Assembly: GCF_000196555.1 (NCBI RefSeq)
Contig: NC_015067.1
Coordinates: forward strand, 240,001-272,000
Source: Bifidobacterium longum subsp. longum JCM 1217
GTDB lineage: Bacteria > Actinomycetota > Actinomycetes > Actinomycetales > Bifidobacteriaceae
Direction of reading: 5' to 3'
DNA length: 32,000 bases
Both the position numbers and the translations under genes were made by a program. Under the pieces are notes generated by a model. It was given only the letters and a program-made list of their open reading frames with translations, had not been told where the DNA came from and did no database searches. Of the stretch, positions 1-8,281 are shown one piece after another. The first letter of the stretch is position 1. Every line of letters begins with the position of its first letter.

Positions 1-2609
1 TTGGTCGGCGGAATAGTGGGGATGATTGCGGTAACAGCGGCGCTCGGGTCCGCTTCTTCGTGGCGTTCGGCGGAGGTGTCGCGACGCTTGGCCTTATGCC
101 CGTACAGCATGGCGCGGATCGACTCGTCGGAGAGGCTGCCGAGCTCGGTTTGGCGGCGGATGGAATCGCGCATGAATTCCACGACCATCAGGAAGCCCAT
201 GATGATGAGCACCCATGCCAGCCATGTGCCCATGACTACGATTTTCTCGCTGGTGGTCAGCGCAAACACGATAATGAGCGCGGCCGGCACCACGAATCCG
301 GCAATAAGCGCACCCAGCAGCAGCCGGGGATAACGGTAGGCGAATTTGGCGGCCCGACGTTCGATGGCATGACGGTATTCGTCGTGGTCGGCCAGTGCTG
401 CAATGGCCTGAGTGACACGGTATTCGCTGCCGGGCAGATGCACCGGCTCGCCGATAATCATGTCGCTTTCCTTGATTTCCCGCGCGAACAGGCGGTTGAG
501 ATTGGCCAGTTTCGGCCGGGCGCCGAGGCCAAGCGCAAAGGCCAGAACCACGAAAACCAGCAATTTGCCGATATAGGCGAACCAGAGGCCGTCGTAGAAG
601 CCGCCGATGGTTTCACGCATCGCGTCAATCGAATAGGTGAACGGCAGCAGCGGGTAGATGGCGCGGAAGAACGCGGGCATCATTTCAATCGGGTACAGGC
701 CGGAGGCGCCCGGCACCTGCAGAATGACCAGCGCCACGCATACGCCTTTGCCCACGTGCATGAACGTGGTGGAGAGGGCGAAAATCACCGACATATACAC
801 CAGTGAGGTGATGACGCAGGTGAGCAGAAACACTGGGGCGCTCGCGCATTGAATGCCGATGACAAGATCGCCGATGGCCGTGACCAGGCCTTGGACGGCA
901 GCCAGCGTGGCCAGTAGCAGGAAGCGACCGAGATAGCCTTGGGTTGGTGTGAGATCGTCGATGCCCTCATCATCGGTTTCGAGTTTGGGAATGACCACGA
1001 GCACGAACGCGCCCACCCACAAAGACAGGGTGGTGAACAGCGGTGCCATGCCGGAACCATAGGAGGCGACCGGATAGACGGCCTGTTCGCTGATAACAGT
1101 GGGGGAGAGCATGAAGTCGGCGATTGTGGCGGCATCCAGTTTGCCGTCGGTGCCGATCAGGGAACTGAGTGAACTGGAGATGCTCAGGGCTTTGATGTCG
1201 GTGACCAGCGTATCGAGCTTGGTTTGTACGCCGGCCAGCGCCTTATCGGTGTCGCGCAGCGCGGTCACCGTGGTGGAGGCTGCTTTGTCGAGTTGGTCGA
1301 GGGTATGCTTCGACTGATCGATGAGTGAGCCTTGCGACGTGATGCCGGTCGACAGAGTGCTGGCGGTCGAGCTGAGGGCGTTGAGACCGGTGTTGAGCTG
1401 AGGAATGGCGCCGGAGGTGATGGTGCCGCGAGCGGTATTGGCCTCGCGCACCGTGGTTTGGGTGGCGGTATTGAGATGCTGCGCCAATCCGGCGGTGTCT
1501 GTGGAGGCATTGCCGATAGTGGTGTTCAGGCTATCGAGGTTGCCCAGTGCGCCGGCAAGCTCGCTATTGCGGCTTTCCAGTGTGGCAATGGCGGATTGCA
1601 GCGGTTCTCGATTGGCGTTCGGCAGCCCTTTGAGTTGGTCGATGATGTCGGCGTTCGCTTGGTTGATGTCTTCCGCCGTATTGATCAGTCCGCCTACCTG
1701 CTGATTGGCGGCGCTGATGGTTCCGGTTACCGTGCCCACGCTTTGGTTGGCCTGTGCTGCGGCTTGGCTCAGCAGGCTTGAGCCTTGGTCAAGCGCTTCG
1801 GACGTGGAGGTGACGAAGCCGTTCAGACTGGTCTGGGTAGTGCCGATCAGGGTGGAGACGCCGGCCAGACCTTCTGCAGTGTCGATGCCAAGTGTGCGCG
1901 CGTCGTCCAGCGCCTGACGTGCGGTGCGTGTCTGCTCTGGGGTGTCGGTGAGTTTGGTGGTGAGCTTGGCGATGGTGCTGCGTGTGTGCTGCACATCGTC
2001 GGAGGCCTTGGCAAGGGCCGTGAGGGCCTTGGCTTTGGTGGTGTCTTCGGTACTGATGGCTTTGCCGTCAACCGTATTGATGACTTCGGTAAGTACTTCG
2101 GATACGGTGGAGACGAATGTGGAATTGACCGTGCGGTCCACAGTGGACGCGCCGACGTCGGTGACTTTGGGGGCGATGGCGCTGGCTTTTTCGTTGACGT
2201 AATACTCCAGAGTGGGCCGACTCTTGCCGCCGGTCACCACGCCGGCGAGATCGTCGGAAAAGTCTTTGGGAATGATGATGGCTGCGTATGCCTTGCCGGA
2301 TTCCACTTGGTCCATGGCCTCGGCTTCGGTGACGAAGGTCCAGCCGAGCTGGTCGTTGCTTCTCATCTGCTTGACGATTTGATCGCCGAGGTTCTGCTTG
2401 CCGATGAGCGCGTTGTCGGTGCCGTCGTCATTGTTGGCGATGGCGACGGTGATGCCTTTGGTATTGCCGTACGGGTCCCAGAAGCCGACGATGTTGTACC
2501 ACGAATACAGTGGCGGGATGAACACCATGCCGAACAGGATCACCCATGCGGCCGGCACCTTGAACAGGCGCAGGAAGTCGCGTCTGAGGACCTTGAAGAT
2601 ATTGCCCAC
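1..2609 (-). CDS. YhgE/Pip-domain membrane protein (phage-infection-protein-like); N-terminal about 869 codons, continues beyond window start
   Basis: Absent from the ORF track because it has no stop in the window. Hand translation of the minus strand from GTG (2609-2607) gives VGNIFKVLRRDFLRLFKVPAAWVILFGMVFIPPLYSWYNIVGFWDPYGNT, a YhgE/Pip N-terminal signature. GGAGG lies 6 nt upstream and an in-frame TAA at 2666-2664. A long Thr/Ser/Ala/Leu-rich central region and hydrophobic C-terminal helices follow. I spot-checked the frame as open at 1321-1380 and 1-60. No minus-strand track ORF lies in this frame. Confidence 0.8.
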   Translation of the reverse strand, partial: MGNIFKVLRRDFLRLFKVPAAWVILFGMVFIPPLYSWYNIVGFWDPYGNTKGITVAIANNDDGTDNALIGKQNLGDQIVKQMRSNDQLGWTFVTEAEAMDQVESGKAYAAIIIPKDFSDDLAGVVTGGKSRPTLEYYVNEKASAIAPKVTDVGASTVDRTVNSTFVSTVSEVLTEVINTVDGKAISTEDTTKAKALTALAKASDDVQHTRSTIAKLTTKLTDTPEQTRTARQALDDARTLGIDTAEGLAGVSTLIGTTQTSLNGFVTSTSEALDQGSSLLSQAAAQANQSVGTVTGTISAANQQVGGLINTAEDINQANADIIDQLKGLPNANREPLQSAIATLESRNSELAGALGNLDSLNTTIGNASTDTAGLAQHLNTATQTTVREANTARGTITSGAIPQLNTGLNALSSTASTLSTGITSQGSLIDQSKHTLDQLDKAASTTVTALRDTDKALAGVQTKLDTLVTDIKALSISSSLSSLIGTDGKLDAATIADFMLSPTVISEQAVYPVASYGSGMAPLFTTLSLWVGAFVLVVIPKLETDDEGIDDLTPTQGYLGRFLLLATLAAVQGLVTAIGDLVIGIQCASAPVFLLTCVITSLVYMSVIFALSTTFMHVGKGVCVALVILQVPGASGLYPIEMMPAFFRAIYPLLPFTYSIDAMRETIGGFYDGLWFAYIGKLLVFVVLAFALGLGARPKLANLNRLFAREIKESDMIIGEPVHLPGSEYRVTQAIAALADHDEYRHAIERRAAKFAYRYPRLLLGALIAGFVVPAALIIVFALTTSEKIVVMGTWLAWVLIIMGFLMVVEFMRDSIRRQTELGSLSDESIRAMLYGHKAKRRDTSAERHEEADPSAAVTAIIPTIPPT

Positions 2610-2963
2610 TGATACCTCCGGAGCTTGGTGTTGCTTGGTTGCTACGTTTTCCGTAGCGATACGTTAATCGTAGCGCTACGTTTGTAGTAGCGTAATACGG
2701 CTGCCGGAGATTAATGGGGTGATTGATGATGTTTTTGGCGGAATAACGCTGCTGCCCAGCGGCTTATCGTGTGTCGCTGGGCAGAGCGAAAGGCGTTCTG
2801 GAACTTATTGACAAGATTTCTGGATGGTTTTTGGACGTTTCCTGAACGCGATGGATAGGCTCGGTGCTCGGCAATGTAGACAGACATGTACCGACCGCCC
2901 ATCAAGTTCAGCAAAACCGCAATCGGGTGATAGGGTGAGGGGACGCTATGTGGGGAGGAAACC

Positions 2964-4250
2964 ATGGTTGAATTCAAGGACGATGGCACGGCCACTACCC
3001 CCGGCAAGCCGCGGGAGAACCGTGACGCCGAGTCCGCAGTCGTGGCCGATCTGGTGGCCGTCGAACTGGACGACGCCGGCTTGAACCTGAACGCCAAGCG
3101 ATTACCGATTCTGGCGCGCATCTATGGCGCGGTCGTGCTGCTGGACGGACTCGCCACATTGCCGATTATGGTGATTTCCATCCTCTATGCCGTGCGCGAG
3201 ATTCTGGATGGTCATGTGCACGTCGATGCGATGAGCCTGACCTTCATCCTGTCCGCGATTCATGCGGTGGTGCTGGTAGTCAGTGCCGCATGCCTGATTG
3301 TGCTCGGCGTGATGCTGCTGCGCAATCATCGCCGGTATGCCGCGCGCTGGACCTACGTGCTGATGCCGTTGACGTTGGCCGACGGCATGCTGTCGCTGGC
3401 CCTGACCGGCCTTGGCTTCAACCTGCTGCTGCCGCTGATTCAGATGATTATTCTCGTCGTGATTTCGGTGACCGCCGATCCCTCCCTGAGCGAGGAACGC
3501 CGTCTGCAGCGCGCGCTCAGGCGTATGGACGATCGCGATGATTATGAATCGGCTGTGGCGGCCGGCATGCTAGGCCGCGACCAGTCCGGCAAGGGCTATA
3601 TTGCGCTGGACTTTTTCAATATCTTCTGGCTGTTTACCATCGCTTCGGTGGGTGGCCTGATTGTGGAGACGATCTACCATATGGCGCTGTATAACGGTGA
3701 ACTTCAGGACCGCGCTGGTTTGCTGTGGGGCCCGTTCTCGCCGATTTACGGCTGTGGTGCGGTATTGGTAACCGTGTGCCTGAATCGTCTGTGGAAGGCG
3801 AATCCGTTCTTGATTTTCTGCGCTTCGGCGGTGATCGGCGGCGCGTTCGAATATTGCACCAGCTGGTTCATGGAAGCGGCGTTTGGTATTACCGCGTGGG
3901 ATTACACCGGCCGTTGGCTGTCCATCGACGGACGTACTTCGGGCCAATTCATGTTCTTCTGGGGACTGATTGGTGTGGTGTGGATCAAGTGGCTGTTACC
4001 GCGACTGCTGGCTCTGATTAATCGCATTCCATGGAAAGTGCGGTATTCGCTGACTGCGGTATGCACGGTGCTGATGGTGATCGACATTGCCTTCACGCTG
4101 ATGGCCTTGGATTGCTGGTATGGGCGCATGGCCGGCCAGCCGCAGGATTCACCGGTCGCGATGTGGTTCAGCGAACGCTACAGCGACGCTTACATGGCCA
4201 ATCGCTTCCAGACCATGCATATCGACCCTTCCAAGGCCGGGCGTATGTGA
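2964..4250 (+). CDS. Polytopic membrane protein with a C-terminal CmpB-like domain (putative ABC-transporter type IV, DUF1113-like)
   Basis: 428-aa ORF with GGAGGAA 5 nt upstream of the ATG. Multiple hydrophobic helices. The C-terminal half carries ...LLWGPFSPIYGCGAVL...FEYCTSWFMEAAFG...WDY..., which I recognise as the PF06541-type signature. The N-terminal half has no recognisable family. Confidence 0.65.
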   Translation: MVEFKDDGTATTPGKPRENRDAESAVVADLVAVELDDAGLNLNAKRLPILARIYGAVVLLDGLATLPIMVISILYAVREILDGHVHVDAMSLTFILSAIHAVVLVVSAACLIVLGVMLLRNHRRYAARWTYVLMPLTLADGMLSLALTGLGFNLLLPLIQMIILVVISVTADPSLSEERRLQRALRRMDDRDDYESAVAAGMLGRDQSGKGYIALDFFNIFWLFTIASVGGLIVETIYHMALYNGELQDRAGLLWGPFSPIYGCGAVLVTVCLNRLWKANPFLIFCASAVIGGAFEYCTSWFMEAAFGITAWDYTGRWLSIDGRTSGQFMFFWGLIGVVWIKWLLPRLLALINRIPWKVRYSLTAVCTVLMVIDIAFTLMALDCWYGRMAGQPQDSPVAMWFSERYSDAYMANRFQTMHIDPSKAGRM

Positions 4251-4428
4251 ATGGCCGGCAAGTAATTACGCTTCGCGGGCAGAAGGTGCGTAGAACCTAA
4301 GACAGCCCTCGCGTGTGGGTGGTAAGCGGGATACACTTTCAAGCGTTGAAGGAATGATTCCCTCCGCTGATGCGCTGTTTTGTGACGCGCGTGATGACGA
4401 TGGGACAATCAAACGAAAGGCAAGGCAC

Positions 4429-5883
4429 ATGGCCGAAGCTACAGCAAACATTGGTGTGATTGGACTGGCCACGATGGGCTCCAATCTGGCGCGTAATCTG
4501 GCGCACCATGGCAACACGGTGGCGTTGTTCAACCGCCACTACTCGCGTACCGAGAAGCTCATGAACGAGCATGGCACCGAAGGCAACTTCGTGCCGGCCG
4601 AAACGCTCGAGGAATTCGCCGCGTCCCTGAAGCGTCCGCGTACCGCCATCATCATGGTCAAGGCCGGTGCTCCGACCGACGCGACCATCGCGCAGCTGGA
4701 AGAGGTGTTCGAACCGGGCGACATCATCGTCGACGGTGGCAACTCCTTCTTCAAGGACACCATCAAGCGTGAGAAGGAAGTACGTGCCAAGGGCTTCCAC
4801 TTCGTGGGTTGCGGCGTGTCCGGTGGTGAGGAAGGCGCGCTCAACGGCCCGTCTCTGATGCCCGGTGGCACTGCGGAATCCTGGAAGACCTTGGGCCCGA
4901 TTCTTCAGTCCATCGCCGCCAAGGTGAACGGCGAACCGTGCGTGACCCACATCGGCACCGATGGTGCCGGCCACTTTGTCAAGATGGTGCACAACGGCAT
5001 CGAGTATGCCGATATGCAGGTGATTGGTGAGGCGTATGACATTCTGCGCCGTGGACTCGGCATGGATGCCGAGGAGATTGGCGACGTGTTCGCTGAATGG
5101 AACAAGGGCGACCTTGACTCCTACCTGATCGAGATCACCGCTGAGATTCTGCACCACAAGGATGCCGAGACCGGCAAGCCGTTCGTGGACGTGGTCGTGG
5201 ATCATGCCGGCATGAAGGGTACTGGTACGTGGACCGTGCAGACTGGTCTGGAATGTGGTTCTCCTGTGGCTGCCATCGGTGAAGCCGTGTTCGCTCGTGC
5301 ACTGTCTTCGCACGGTGAGCTGCGTGAAGACGCTCAGAAGGAAGGTCTGGCTGGACCGAACAAGACCATCGATCTGGCCGGAGAAGACAAGGCCGCGTTC
5401 GTCGAGGACGTGCGCAAGGCTCTGTTCGCTTCCAAGGTCGTGGCCTATGCTCAGGGCCTGAACGAGATTCAGGACGGTGCCAAGGAATACGGCTGGGATA
5501 TCAACCTGTCCGAAGTGGCCCGCATTTGGCGTGGCGGCTGCATTATTCGCGCCCAGTTCCTGCTCGACCGCATCACCGAGGCTTTCAGGGGCGATAACCC
5601 GCCGGCTTCCCTGCTGTTCGATCCGTACTTCGAGAAGATCATCGGCGAATCGCAGGATGCATGGCGTCGCGTGATCGTTCGCGCGGTGGAGGCCGGCATC
5701 CCGACCCCGGTGTTCTCCAGCTCCCTGGCGTACTACGATGGTCTGCGCTCCAAGCGCCTGCCCACCGCTCTGACCCAGTCCCAGCGTGACTTCTTCGGTG
5801 CCCACACCTACGGCCGCGTAGACAAGCCCGGCGTGTTCCACACGCTGTGGGCTGAAGAAGGCAAGCCTGAAATCGAGGCGTAG
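4429..5883 (+). CDS. gnd: 6-phosphogluconate dehydrogenase, decarboxylating
   Basis: MAEATANIGVIGLATMGSNLARNLA is the Rossmann N-terminus. Typical Gnd motifs run throughout (GGNS.F.DT, HFVKMVHNGIEY, RDFFGAHTY). The track ORF starts at 4315, but the conserved N-terminus and a GAAAGG SD favour ATG 4429. Confidence 0.95.
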   Translation: MAEATANIGVIGLATMGSNLARNLAHHGNTVALFNRHYSRTEKLMNEHGTEGNFVPAETLEEFAASLKRPRTAIIMVKAGAPTDATIAQLEEVFEPGDIIVDGGNSFFKDTIKREKEVRAKGFHFVGCGVSGGEEGALNGPSLMPGGTAESWKTLGPILQSIAAKVNGEPCVTHIGTDGAGHFVKMVHNGIEYADMQVIGEAYDILRRGLGMDAEEIGDVFAEWNKGDLDSYLIEITAEILHHKDAETGKPFVDVVVDHAGMKGTGTWTVQTGLECGSPVAAIGEAVFARALSSHGELREDAQKEGLAGPNKTIDLAGEDKAAFVEDVRKALFASKVVAYAQGLNEIQDGAKEYGWDINLSEVARIWRGGCIIRAQFLLDRITEAFRGDNPPASLLFDPYFEKIIGESQDAWRRVIVRAVEAGIPTPVFSSSLAYYDGLRSKRLPTALTQSQRDFFGAHTYGRVDKPGVFHTLWAEEGKPEIEA

Positions 5884-6144
5884 CCTCGTGATTTCAGGTT
5901 TAGGACAGCCCTGTGGGCTGTCCGGCCTTCTTCAGGCTCGGCGATAGCCGAGCTGAGAAAACAGCAAGCCCGAGATCGAGGCGTAGCCTCGCGATCTCGG
6001 GCTTAGGGGAGCCCGGTGGGCTCCCCGGCCCTCTTCGGAGCGAGGCGGCTATGCCGCCGAGCCAACACTGAGCCTCGCCGCAGGCGAGTCCCTAATTGCA
6101 GGGGCCGGCGGCGAAGAGGGCAAGTCCGAGATTGAGGCGTAGCC
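5857..6144 (+). repeat. Imperfect repeat, three copies, of the gnd 3' end (last codons plus TAG) within hairpin-rich units
   Basis: Copy 1 is GCAAGCCTGAAATCGAGGCGTAGCCTCGTGATTTCAGGTTTAGG at 5861-5904. Copy 2 is GCAAGCCCGAGATCGAGGCGTAGCCTCGCGATCTCGGGCTTAGG at 5965-6008. Copy 3 is the partial GCAAGTCCGAGATTGAGGCGTAGCC at 6120-6144. Copies 1 and 2 are each followed by homologous hairpins (GGACAGCCC-TGT-GGGCTGTCC versus GGGGAGCCC-GGT-GGGCTCCCC). Confidence 0.8.
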
Positions 6145-6150
6145 ATAGAC

Positions 6151-6184
6151 GAATTAAGCCCCCTCATCAGAGGGGGCTTAATTC
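6151..6184. terminator. Bidirectional hairpin terminator between convergent gnd and pgl
   Basis: Perfect 15-bp inverted repeat GAATTAAGCCCCCTC-atca-GAGGGGGCTTAATTC, 2 nt beyond the pgl stop. The GC-rich core is flanked by A/T on both sides. Confidence 0.7.
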
Positions 6185-6186
6185 AC

Positions 6187-7029
6187 TCACAACTCGGTGA
6201 CGGTTTCTTCGGTGGAGAACCAGATGAACTCGTCCACTCCGTTGGCGTAGGAGGACGGGTAATCCGGTTTGTTGGGCTGCTCGAAGACATGGGCCAGCGA
6301 TTCGGCTTTGCCGGCACCGGCGGCGAAGAACCACGTATGGCGTGAACGCGCGATGAGCGGCGCGGTCAATGAAACACGCAGCGGCGGCATCTTGGGGGAG
6401 TGGTTCACACCCACGGTGAGCCTATCAGTAACCTTGACCTCATCATGACCAGGGAACAGCGACGCATAGTGACCGTCCGGTCCCATGCCGAGAATCATCA
6501 GATCGATTACCGGTTCCGGCCCCAATTCATTCACCAACTCGCGCTCATAGTCGCTCGCGACATCGTCCAGCAACGCATCATTCGCGGCATCGGCGGCGGC
6601 GCGAACGGAAGCATCATCGCTGTCGGCCTGATCCATCACATCGGCGATGTCATCGGCTGAACGGGTATCGGCCGCCATCTCATGAATATTCGACTCAGGC
6701 AGCTTGCCATCTGCCACCAGCTGGTCAAGCAGCAGGCGACGGGCCTCCAAAGCATTGCGATCGGTGTCGTAAGCCGGCACAAAACGTTCGTCGCTCCACC
6801 AGAAATGCACGCGCGACCAATCAATCGCGTCAGCCAGCGGATCGTTCAGCACCAAGCCCAGCGGCTGCGCGGCCGAACCGCCAGACAGCGCCACATCCAC
6901 ACGCGTGCGATGCGTGCCATCAGGCAATCGTTCGGCGAGCAAATCGAGTAGCGCCAAGACAAAACGTTGCGCGCCAGCCTGAATCATCAGATCTTTATTC
7001 GGATACACAATGAGTTTTCGAGTTGCCAT
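6187..7029 (-). CDS. pgl: 6-phosphogluconolactonase
   Basis: MATRKLIVYPNKDLMIQAGAQRF...LSGGS...GMGPDGHYASLFPG are the DevB/Pgl family motifs. The track ORF extends to 7119 across a 42-bp palindrome, so I prefer ATG at 7029-7027. There is an acidic low-complexity insert in the middle. Confidence 0.9.
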   Translation of the reverse strand: MATRKLIVYPNKDLMIQAGAQRFVLALLDLLAERLPDGTHRTRVDVALSGGSAAQPLGLVLNDPLADAIDWSRVHFWWSDERFVPAYDTDRNALEARRLLLDQLVADGKLPESNIHEMAADTRSADDIADVMDQADSDDASVRAAADAANDALLDDVASDYERELVNELGPEPVIDLMILGMGPDGHYASLFPGHDEVKVTDRLTVGVNHSPKMPPLRVSLTAPLIARSRHTWFFAAGAGKAESLAHVFEQPNKPDYPSSYANGVDEFIWFSTEETVTEL

Positions 7030-7064
7030 GTATGGTCCTTGTATGGGGTATGTGTCGTACTTTG

Positions 7065-7106
7065 CAATGTGGATTGTGTTGTCAGTTGACAACACAATCC
7101 ACATTG
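7065..7106. promoter_or_regulatory. 42-bp near-perfect palindrome in the opcA-pgl spacer (operator or RNA stem-loop)
   Basis: CAATGTGGATTGTGTTGTCA-gt-TGACAACACAATCCACATTG, with 20-bp perfect arms, 36 nt upstream of the pgl ATG. Confidence 0.6.
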
Positions 7107-7255
7107 TGCGACATCGCATATGTCACTTTATTACTCCGCGGGCATGAGCTTCGGCATCGCATGAGGTAGGAAACGATGAGCAACGGCGTTGGCATGGCTC
7201 GGCCACAATTGCCGAACTCATTCCAACGCCGCTGTGGCAACGGGTTCTACCGACT

Positions 7256-8281
7256 TCAGTGACGAATCAGATCCCAGCCTTCGTTGATGACCTCGGCGTA
7301 GATCTCATCGGGATCGATGCGACGCAGTTCCTCGGTCAGGCAGTCCTCGATGGTGCGCATCGGCACGGACACTTCCTGCGGAGTCTGGCCGGGCAGCGAG
7401 ATCAGCGCTTGGTCCTCATACGGGCGTTCCAGCGAGATCACACCGTCCTCACGGGTCAGGTACACGCCGGTCACGGCCTGCGCGTCGGGCACGAACTCAG
7501 TTTCGACTGGTACGCCAAGTTTCAGACGCAGCCATGCGCACAGCATTTCTATAGGCAGGAAGTCGGCCTTGCCGGTCACCTTCGCGGCGGTGATGGGCAG
7601 GTGCGGCGGCTGATCGAGCATCGAGGCGAGCATTGCGCGCCAGACGGTCAGTCGTGTCCAGGACAAGTCGATATCTTCCGGTGTCCAATTGCGGCGCAAA
7701 CGCTCAATCGTGGCCTCCGGATTATTGGAGTGCAACGCGTCGGTGATGCGACTGCGGGCCATCGCACCCATCAGATCCTTGGCCGGGTTCGACGGCGGTG
7801 TGGTCGGCCACCACGCCACTACAGGCGCATCCGGCACAAGCAGCGGGATAACCAGCGTATCCGGGTGGTTGATAAGGCCACCGCGCGGACGCAAGATGAT
7901 GATCTCACCGGCACCGGCGTCCGCGCCGAATCGCACTTGGGCGTTCAGGTTGGAATCGTTCGGATCGTTCGGGCCGTCGGTCAAATCGACGGCCGGATTA
8001 TCGCGACTCGCGCTCACCTCGGCGGCCACTTCGGCCGCGTTCGGTTCGCCTTCGCCGGACTGATCGGCAGGATTGGTATCCGGTACTACGGCAATCACGC
8101 GGCACGGGTGCTCACGGCTGGCCGAGTTCGCGATTTCCAGCGCATGCTCTAGGTCCGCGTCCTCGGTGGCGATGAGCAGCGTCAGCACGCGGCCGGTCGC
8201 CGATTCGCCGCGCTCCTCGTGCAGCTGTTCGATTTTGTGCGCAATCTCGCGGGTGCGGGTGTTCGGCATATCGATGATCAT
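7256..8281 (-). CDS. opcA: Glucose-6-phosphate dehydrogenase assembly protein OpcA
   Basis: MIIDMPNTRTREIAHKIEQLHEERGESATGRVLTLLI... is the OpcA family N-terminus. It sits immediately downstream of zwf with an ATGA start/stop overlap at 8278-8281. The track start at 8341 lies inside zwf. Confidence 0.88.
   Translation of the reverse strand: MIIDMPNTRTREIAHKIEQLHEERGESATGRVLTLLIATEDADLEHALEIANSASREHPCRVIAVVPDTNPADQSGEGEPNAAEVAAEVSASRDNPAVDLTDGPNDPNDSNLNAQVRFGADAGAGEIIILRPRGGLINHPDTLVIPLLVPDAPVVAWWPTTPPSNPAKDLMGAMARSRITDALHSNNPEATIERLRRNWTPEDIDLSWTRLTVWRAMLASMLDQPPHLPITAAKVTGKADFLPIEMLCAWLRLKLGVPVETEFVPDAQAVTGVYLTREDGVISLERPYEDQALISLPGQTPQEVSVPMRTIEDCLTEELRRIDPDEIYAEVINEGWDLIRH

Noticed and set aside
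60-2612. Plus-strand track ORFs (60..806, 1332..1781, 1785..2612 and smaller ones)
   Set aside because: Their compositions are Gly/Ala/Val/Asp-rich with no family signatures. They lie antisense to a continuous minus-strand frame that translates into a coherent YhgE/Pip protein, so they are shadow ORFs of high-GC coding DNA.
2711-3121. 136-aa minus-strand ORF spanning the divergent promoter and the start of the CmpB-like gene
   Set aside because: It is Arg/Ser/Ala-rich with no SD, and it overlaps the well-supported start (GGAGGAA plus ATG 2964) of the opposite-strand gene. It is most likely spurious.
4339-5841. 500-aa minus-strand ORF
   Set aside because: It is exactly antisense to gnd, which has unambiguous motifs. 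There is no recognisable domain and the composition is that of a shadow frame.
5857-6144. CRISPR array or minisatellite interpretation of the gnd-pgl repeats
   Set aside because: There are only about 2.3 imperfect copies with unequal periods (104 and 155 bp). The repeats are themselves long hairpins, there are no unique spacers of uniform size, and no cas genes are nearby.
7259-8152. 297-aa plus-strand ORF
   Set aside because: It is antisense to opcA, Arg/Gly/His-rich, and has no signature.
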